A stretch of 24,186 nt of DNA from Vermamoeba vermiformis (lineage: Eukaryota), in contig JBEWZL010000155.1 of the NCBI GenBank assembly GCA_045837725.1, forward strand, positions 62,001-86,186, in the 5' to 3' direction. Under the pieces are notes generated by a model. The model was not told where the DNA came from and ran no database searches. It saw nothing but the letters and a program-made list of their open reading frames with translations. Below, piece by piece: positions 10,014 through 19,700 of the stretch. The first letter of the stretch is position 1, and each line of letters begins with the position of its first letter. The position numbers were made by a program, and so were the translations under genes.

Positions 10014-12479
10014 ATGATTTCAAGATTGAGAGCGCTACTGATTTATGGGTTGTTTCTTGCAACATGTTCGAATAATAAGGCATTAGGAAGTGTGTTATCA
10101 GTAAGTATAACAGTAATTTAGGAATTGAAATTTTGAGTTTCGGATCGCGCAATTAAATTATGATCATGATTATTTATTAATGCTAACTATTTAGTACTCT
10201 CAATTATCTGTACCTTATTCTTCTACGACATCAACTCAAACTATGACAGCAAATGCAACCCATATTTTCTTTGGATTGGGCGGCGGTTTCTACGTAGTAA
10301 GTTCTATACGGGATTACCTCCAATTCTCGTACCAATATTTTTGTAGGATAATATTGCATCAATGGGTCTTAACAAGACTCTTTTGTTTGAAGAGAAAAGC
10401 AGCTTGATTATTAGTAGTTTCTACGACGAGGCGTCTCGTGCAGGTACGCGATCAAATTATCTTCCCTTTTACTATACTTACAATTGTATACTTAGTGATT
10501 GCATGCACCGAAAATCGTCACGTTTGGGTCGCATCTGACAATGCGGTTTTAATTCAGCAACGGTCTGAAGGTCTCACCTGGCGCGTAAGTACTAAATCAT
10601 TATCATCAATTTAGTAATAACTTAATACACTTATATTTATACTTAAAATAGAGTTGCGCGTATGATTCAGTTAATGACGTTCTGTTTGTGGCCGGTGAAC
10701 AAGAAATTGGAGCGATTCCCAATGTTCGATCACAACAAAACTCGAATGCCTGGTTCAGCACCACATTGAGTGGAACAGTGTCGCAAGTACGCACAGTCGT
10801 CGTTGGAGGCGGCAGAGTGTTCTTTGGTGGAGCTAACGGCAACATTTTCGTAACGTGCGGATCACCTTCTTTTCGTCATGCTGCGTACTCATGTTATTAA
10901 TATTTACAGTCCTACATCAAATACTCAGCTTAATAGCGGCCTTATTCAGAGCTTTACAAGGAGTATAGGACGAGTAAGTCGTATTCAATTCATCGCTGTT
11001 GGTCCAAACATTGACACCGTAACAGGTCCAAGCGCTTGCCTTTGGCTCATCTCGCAACAGATTGTTCGTTGGTAGCGATCAAGGCGTGCTTACTGAGGTA
11101 TGGATAAGATTTCTTAGTTTATAAGGATGATGCTTATGTATTATAGGTGATCGTGAGTACGATGATCACTAGCAGGCAGATCAGTGTTGCCCCAGTTATA
11201 GTGTCAATTACAATTGATGAGAATGCAGATACGTTGTTTGTGAATTCAAACCGCAACGGATATTCTGTCATTACGAGGCTCAATTTGAACGAACCAGAAC
11301 TTGCACCGTTTGACACTTTGACATTGCCCGAGCCCGCTGTAGCTGGAATTATCGACCCAAGAGTTGAAAAGAACCAACTAATTTATTATAATTCGCTGGG
11401 CACTACTCTCTATTTGGTCTCTGTCTCGAGTACGTCCTTTTGCAAGACTTGATACAAACTCACTTACTTTTTTAGATTGTCCTGCGTACACATGCGACAC
11501 ATGTTACTTCGATAGAAACTACTGGTAAGTCTTTAACTTAAAAATGAAATGTCGCTAACAGAAATCGTAGTGGATTTTGTCAGTCAACGTTTGGTTGCAG
11601 CATGGCGGCAGAATGCGCATCGGAGAATTTCTTCAGAAAATCATTCGTTTGTCCGAGTAAGCTAAGATTACGAAACGAAAGTGACCCTATCTATTCTAAC
11701 CACAATTAGTTGTTTCAAATGTTTCTCCGCTTGTGACAAATGTCGACGAACAGACGCAAGTGACGATTACAGGAAATTTCGTCAACGCTTCAGCCGAAAT
11801 ATTGCAGTACACAGACGTTAGTTGCCAGTGGCAGGCCACAGGCAGTCCAACTTTCTTTCAAGTTGACGCAACAATTTTGAACACCACCACCGTGCAGTGT
11901 CAGATGCCTGGGGACTCGACGCCCAATACGTATAACTTGACTGTTGTTGTGCAAGGCTCAGAATGGTATTCGACGACCATAGAAACGAAGCGTAAGTGAG
12001 ACCATTAATAGAGGCATTAATGAAGTCTAATTGTGTCTTCAGAGTGCAATACTTTCGATATCAATGAATGCCTTAATGTGGGTCTGAATTGCGGTATTTG
12101 CCTCGGAAATCAGACTTGCACGGCGAGAACCAACTGCGATGCCACTGACGCTTGGACACAAGTTCTGCCTCAAATCACCGTTTCTCCAATGAGCGCAAAT
12201 GTTTTCAACACAAGTACGCATTATTAGTATTATAATAAGACATGTGCGCACTAATCTATTTTAATTTTCAGTTCCGAACAATTTGATCATTACGACGGAC
12301 GTTGACATGCCTAACGGTTCAAATGGAGATTTCTCTATTGTTTTGGGCCTTGATACTTCCTTAGCCGGATCGTGCGTTAGAATTAGCGCGAGGGAAGTTC
12401 GTTGTACATCACCCAAATTCTCGGATTTGCCATCGAATTATCCAAACCCGTATCCAAGTTTGATTAATTAAAAATTTTT

Positions 12480-12519
<40 letters not shown>

Positions 12520-15500
12520 CGGTGGCTGTACTTCGGCCCTGACGAACAACGATTGTTCTTTTTGTTTCGACTCAGGATTGTGCACCGATGCTGGCACTAC
12601 ACCGTGCAACAAAAGTGGCGTGTGTTCGAGTAAGTCTATAATGCATTAGTATTTATAGCATTGTACTCAAAGGGCTTTTTGTAAAATTAGTACTAATTTT
12701 AACATTCTAAGTAATTACGTCTGTTAGTCCTCCGGCTGTTTATTATACAAGCGATTTTATCGGTAAGAATTCTTTAATAATAATAAGTTAACGAATTCAA
12801 GATCCGGATCTAACGGTTGTCTCAGTTCTCGGAAATTTCAGCCAAATTTACAACCAGTCGGTATATTGCTGTGGGGGATCTCCGTGCAATATAGCTACCT
12901 ATGCTCAATGGATTAACTCGTCGGCTATCTTATGTCCTGCTTACAATTCTGCTGGCATGCTATCGGTGCGTTAATTAATTTTGATCTGAACCTGCTATTT
13001 ACGTTTACTACAGGTTACAATACGAGATAATTCTGCAAACATAATAACTCCGGAATATTCCGTGAGATCATACGGTAAGAAATTGGTGTTTCACAACTTG
13101 AGCGATAATTAATTTCAACAACAGATTGTTCCGCTCAAACGTGCAGCCAATGTCTCAGTGATCCAAAAACCGATTGCACTTACTGCATGTCGTCATTATC
13201 TTGCATGCGTAAATCCGATGCTTGCTCTACGACCAGAATATCGAACGCTACGCAATGTCCTGGTAGGTCAACAAATTTATCGAGATTTTCTTCTAACTCA
13301 TTTCTTTTTACAGCTATAACAAGTATATCTCCGCCAAGTTTCTCGGTTAACGGAACAGAAAATGCATCAGTTTCCGGTAATTTTGGTTTGCAGGACGTCG
13401 CTAACATTTCGAGGGTTGATTGCTATTGGAGAACTGATACGGTCCCCGGTGATCCCGGAGTCATTAGAGGGGCCATAAATAACAACAATTTGATCTTTTG
13501 TCCAAGCTATCTAGCAAGCGCAGCAACTACAGGTGATTTAACCATCGCCCTGGATGACAGACAATTAGTAGATCCGTATCCAACTTCGTGGTATCGTAAG
13601 TATTCGTTCATTTTCAGTTTAAATATAGAGCCCTTGATATATTAAATACGCTTTGTAGAGTGCGAGTCAATTGTTGGAGACTGTTCTTCGTGCATAACTG
13701 AAGCCACATCACGTTGCATTTGGTGTGGAGATCGGTGCGCTTCAAGCTGCACTGAGACCGCCTTGTTAATGAACACCTGTCCGTCAGTGACATCTATTCA
13801 GCCTGATCACAGTCACATCAACGGAAACGAACTGATCACCGTCAGTGGAGGACCCTTCTTTGATCGATCAGGATACAACTATGAATGTCGATTTGGCGGT
13901 CTTAGAGCTCAAGCATTGGTTGTCAACGGCAGCACAATTCAATGTCGCTCACCGCCTACGCTCAGCGCTTCAACTGTAAATTTCACCATTTTGTTGAATG
14001 GAGCTATCTACACGCCTTCTCCTGTGCCCTTCGACTACTTTTGTAAGTGCACACAAAGGTTGCAATGTTCATCGCTAACTCTATAACAGCCTGCTCAGCA
14101 ACGGAGGACACAACATGCACCTCTTCGTGCTCCTCTCAGAAGTACTGTGGCTGGTGTTCGTCTACATCAACATGCGCTGCTCCCAGTCTTTGCAGTACGA
14201 TTGATGACATATTCTTGCAACAGTGCCTTGGTACGCTAAATCATGCATTCCAATTACGCCAACTCTCAGCATCGCTAATGTTTTTTGACAGGTGTCACTC
14301 TTGATCCACCATTCTTGTCAGTCGGTCAAAGTCAAGATGTGACAGTACGAGTCACTCCAACTCTCCCGAAGTTCTTCGTGTTGTCAGCACTCTCGTCCAA
14401 CAAACGCGCGACACAACAAATTGCACCCGATCAACTTGTGACGTGTGCGCTGAGTGACGGACGAACGATCAGCGGAGTAATCAAGAGCTCAACTGAGATT
14501 GTGTGTGCATCGCTGTCATCATCTTCGTCAAGCACAACGACATTGACAGTCAAGTACAACAACACTGCACTGTTCACGCCAGTGACATTCAATTTTGTCG
14601 ATTGCGGTGCTGCTTCGTCATGCAGCGATTGCACGTGAGTAACTTTCAAACCTTCTTTGTACTGATGACTGACGTCATTTGTTTTCAGAGCTTTGGCGTA
14701 CTGTGGATGGTGTCAATCGACAAGCAAGTGCACCACTCAGTCATCTTGCAGTGACAATTGGAAATCAGACTGCCCGGGTAAGTGTATCGATGAAGATGTA
14801 CGAAAACGAGAGCTCTAATCAATATAAACTAGCTTCAGTCCTTCCTACCGCGGATCCAGCAGTCATCGTGCCAGCGGTGGTCATACCCGTTGTGGTTGTA
14901 GCTGTCGGTCTTGTCGTCTTATTATTGGTATTGAGGAAGAGAAAGAAGTTGCAACAGAACTGCGGAAATAATGAAACTGAGATGAAGGACAAACCACAGT
15001 CGATCACAGTGACCAATTCGATCAGTGAGTATTATTTGCTCTGTTTGATACAAAGCTAGCGCGGCTAACTCTTTTTCAGACGCCATTGATGAGAAACTTC
15101 GAATTCCAAGCCAGGCACTGTCACTGAAGAAAGAGCTTGGTTCAGGAAGCTACGGAAAAGTCTACCTCGGGTACGTTAGTTTCTAAGTAAACAATTATGT
15201 TTTAATCTCCTGAAATTTGAACAGCGAGTGGCAAGGAGCGAAAGTAGCAATCAAAGTTTGTGCATCCGTTGCGAACGTTGATGGATTCTTCGAAGAGGCT
15301 GCGTTGACTGTGTAAGGAAATAATTCACCAAATAATGTTTCGTAATTGACACGTGTCATTTAATAGTGGTTTGCCACCTCACCCAAATGTCGTTCAAACA
15401 TTTGGTATCAGTGTTGACGGACCACTTCCATACATCGTACTTGAGTTCTGTGGCGGTGGAAGTCTCGACAAACAGCTGTTCGACGACGGAAGGACGTTCT

Positions 15501-16167
15501 CCATGGACGAGAAGATTCAGTTGATCAAAGGTATTGCACGAGGACTGTTGCATCTTCACAACCACAACATTGTTCATCGTGACTTGGCTGCACGCAACAT
15601 TTTGCTCGCATCGAACAATGAACCAAAGATCTCAGACTTTGGTATGAGTCGCTTGTTGAAAGAAGAAAGTCAGAAAGGACAAACAAAGAATAACTTTGGC
15701 CCGATCCGTTGGATGGCTCCTGAAAGCATCAGAGATCTATCATACAGTACAAAGAGCGATGTTTGGTCGTTTGGAGTTGTCAGTAAGTAGTAGACGAGAC
15801 CTACTATTGTCGTTCATATTCTCATCATTGTGTGCTCTAGTGTTTGAGATTCTGAGTGAGTGCGAACCACACACCGACATTGATGGTTTCGAAGTTGCAA
15901 TCAAAATCAAGTAAGACTTGTCGAGCTCGGAATATCAATCAGCAGTATCTAACTACTATATAATGCTATTAGGAACGAGAACTATCATCCTCGTGTTCCA
16001 TCAGAGCTGCCGCTAGAACTTCAAAACATCATGTTGTCTTGTTGGAAACCGGATCCTGCCTCACGACCGGTATGTCACGTTGACTCGCGTACTAAGTGAA
16101 TATTAATCGTTGCTTTCAGTCAATGGCAGAACTACTGACTGCCCTTTCCCCTCTGTCCGAAGAATGA
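10014..16167 (+). CDS. Receptor tyrosine-kinase-type protein 1: signal peptide, beta-propeller, 7 PSI and 6 IPT/TIG, TM, kinase; ~30 exons; apparent lesion at 12458-12520
   Basis: Signal peptide MISRLRALLIYGLFLATCS. Propeller-like blades include SCAYDSVNDVLFVAG and ALAFGSSRNRLFVG. PSI motifs CxxC…CGWC…C…CP; IPT motifs such as VTSIQP…ITVSGGPF…C.FG…IQCRSP. TM VIVPAVVIPVVVVAVGLVVLLLVL followed by RKRKK. Kinase motifs GSGSYG, VAIK, HRDLAARN, DFG, GPIRWMAPE and SDVWSFG. Confidence 0.85.
12481..12519 (+). repeat. Poly-T tract (39 T)
   Basis: Seen directly; it interrupts the kinase-1 gene model. Confidence 0.95.
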
Positions 16168-16706
16168 AACATGACTGTAAAACACAACCCATAAAACAAA
16201 CGGTATGCTAGATTAAAAAATTGCAAGAAAGACTTTTTATGGAATCTACTTCGCACGGTACATGGCTCTCTGCACGGATGAAAAGTAAGATCACATGAAA
16301 CTCAAATATTTTTAAAAATCAGCAATAACATTTACGGGTAATATGAAAAAGTTAACGGTAAGTATTTTTGGACTAAGAAATTAAATTAAATTTCCAATTA
16401 ATTTTGGCGGGCAAATCTAGATCCCGCTCCTCTCTAGTTTAACTTCCAGGCATGCTTGCATATTAATTTGAATTACACTTAGTTTTGCAGGTTCCAACCG
16501 CATAAGGATTAAGTATCTTGTTGTCAACAAGTCAGAATTTAATGCTCCAACCGCCAGTTGTGACACAGTCCCTTTCGTATCCCGCTTTCGTTTTTTTGTT
16601 ATTTTACGAGTTATTTATTTAAAGAGCCCTACAGCCCGTAAAGCAGTTCTCAAGCTTGGCGAGCCTTGCAGCCCAACAGTCAAATAGACCCAGGGATCGA
16701 TGAATA

Positions 16707-19700
16707 ATGAATACGGTGCCCTTTTTTATATTCTTAATTTTAATAGTGCTTCCGACACTCGCTTATGCTGATACTCGTGGCTTAAACGTAAGTATATTAA
16801 TTCTCGTCTAGATCCAATAAACAAAATGAATCATCGAAGTGTCTGGCTGTGCTAACGCTATTAAACACTAGGTGCTCGCATCACCAACCGTAGCTACAGC
16901 ATCTACAAGTGGTCAAATCCTCGCAGCCAACTCATCTCACGTGTTTTTGGCATCCGGATACAGTTACTACGCGGTACGGCATCCATGATGACAGCAAAGT
17001 ATATTTTACTAATTTACAGTATTAAATAGGCAACATTAGACAGCCCATTCACATCCACTTTATTATTTTCAGAGCCGGATCAAGATCAGATCTCGGGAGG
17101 GTTTTACGATGTTACTAACCGAACAAGTATGTTTCTAAATATGATTTATTTAATACTGATATCTGCAGTGTATTTGTGCACTAAATTCTTCCGGCGTGTC
17201 TACCGTTTGAGAGAAAACCAGTACCAAAAGATATTCCAACTTTCGCAAACAACGTCTGCTTATTGGAGCGTAAGTCATAAATAGGCTAAATATACTCATG
17301 CTAATGCTTCATAGAGTTGCGCGTATGATTCAGTTAATGACGTATTATTTGTGGCCGGTGAACAAGAAATTGGAGCAATTCCCAATGTTCGATCACAACA
17401 AAACTCGAATGCATGGTTCAGCACCACATTGAGTGGAACAGTGTCGCAAGTACGCACAGTCGTCGTTGGAGGAGGCAGAGTTTATTTTGGCGGATCCAGC
17501 GGCAAAATATTTGTCAGGTGCTCAGCGATCTCGAATTTAAATTTTAATTGTATTAACGGTTTGAGCAGCTCTACATCGAACACTGAGCTTCAAAGTAATC
17601 TTATAACTAAATATACCCGTGGCAATGGCCAGGTACGTTCATGATCGGTTTTCACTGAAAAATAACCGGATCACAACAGGTTCAATCGCTTGCCTTCGGA
17701 TCATCTCGGAATAGATTATACATTGGTAATGATAGAGGAATGTTATATGAGGTACGTATTAAACTTGCTTACTTAATAACTCCCGAAAATCCAACAGTAA
17801 ATTTGGCAGATTGTAACGAGCACCATGATTGTTAGTCGACAATTTAACGTCACTAAATCAACCGCGCAAATAACTTCTATCGTGATTGGTAAAAAGCAGC
17901 ACTAATAATAATACACGAGCCATTAATATAATAATTTTTTTTAGACAATTCTGTGGACACCCTGTTCTTCCACGTGTTTGACACGACAAATTCAATCATC
18001 AGGTTCAATTTGAATGAAGCAGAGCTGAATCCATTCGCAAGTCTTCCCTTGGCGTCTCAACTATCAGGCGGCTTGATTGATGTTCGCCCATCAAAAAATC
18101 AAATGTACTTTATGAGTGCATCCGGTGCCGTGATGAACGTAATTACTACGACAGGTAAGATCATGCTATAATAATAATTGTTATTGATCTAACATCGCGA
18201 TAGATTGTACCTTATATACTTGTGACACTTGCTACTTTGACAGAAATTATTGGTAAGCAAAACGAAAAACGGCAAAAATTTTTGCTAATACTATTTGTAT
18301 TTTTGTTAGTGGCTTTTGCACGGACTCGTTTAAATGTTCTACGAAGGCACAATGCAACACTGAATTCTACATTGACCAGTATACGTGCCCCAGTAAGTCA
18401 GACCAGGTTGCAGCAAGAAAGTTCGTTTGATAATTGCGTTTTAGAAATTTCACAAGTGACGCCTTCCTCGGCGCCAATAGAAGGAGGAACGACAATCACT
18501 GTGACGGGAAATTTCGTCGATGTTCACGGCGATCTGCTGGCTGGCAAAGTTGAATGTCGTTGGCTAAGTTCGACACTTACACAGGCCTCAGCATTAGTCA
18601 TCAGCAAAACGACCCTTAAGTGCACGACACCGCAAGGACTTAAAGCGTCTGATGTCGGTTCCTATTTTTTCTTCGTCTATTATAACGATGTGCAATGGGG
18701 CGAGGTATCTATTTTCTCGTTTACAGGTAATGCCCTAAAATTTTCAAATGCGGCTTTAGATTAAATTTTGTATCGTAGCATGCGACTCTTTACTTGATAT
18801 TGGTGCTTGTATTACTAAGCCAAACTGCGGCTATTGTATCTCAAGTTCTCAGTGTACGCCACTCAGCGGATGCGCATCCGGTTGGACCCAAACACTTCCT
18901 CCATTGAATGTAACACCAAAGAGCGCTTCTATAACAGGAAGTAAGTGTTAAGTACTTATTTAATACTCGACTAATAATATTACAGCTCAAACCTTAGTAT
19001 TGTTTTCGGATGTGGCGCTTCCCGACAGCATTTTTGAGCTGTCTTATGCAGGCATTCCTAGCACTACTACGACATGTACTCGCATTAACGACCGCAATCT
19101 TGGTTGTCCCGTACCTGTAGTATCAAAATCTGATTGGGATGCTAATCGTGGTCAAAACAATCAAATGACAGTCTCGTTGTCGTTGGACGCTGGCTTGCGT
19201 TCATTTACGACGTACGAAGGATTTACCATATATGGTAAGACTGCAAATATTGTTGTTGTTTCGTGGCTAATGCATTCTTTAAGATTGTTACGCGTTCAGT
19301 CAAGAATGTACTTCGTGCTCAGGGTTCTCGGAATGTTCGTTCTGCTTTGACACGAAGCAGTGCAATTATAAGTACAACACGACGTGCTCAACGGCTGGTA
19401 CCTGCATATGTAAGCGTTTATTATATATTAACCCTTAAATGGCGGGAAGTGCGTGACAATCGACCGGGTTATATCTAATTTTTTTGTCAGTTGCTACAAT
19501 AATTTTAAATTTTCAAAATTAGCCCAACCATATCTAAAATATAGTTTATCCTTTGAGCCAAGAGAAAAAGATTAAGATTAATTCTTTATGAAATTTCGCA
19601 GAAAGTCAACCTTGGACAACGTCGCGCTTCCCGTTATTAACGGGTTCAAGTTTGCGTCAGCTACTAATTTTATCTTAGCCATAACATCGGCTGTCCCTGA

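Noticed and set aside
10195-11430. Calling the N-terminal domain Sema, or the genes MET/plexin orthologs
   Set aside because: The domain is only ~300 aa, has no recognisable Sema motifs, and the kinase lacks the MET activation-loop tyrosines; only the architectural analogy is supported.
12409-12612. Minus-strand ORF with a poly-lysine run
   Set aside because: It is simply the translation of the poly-T tract, antisense to kinase 1.
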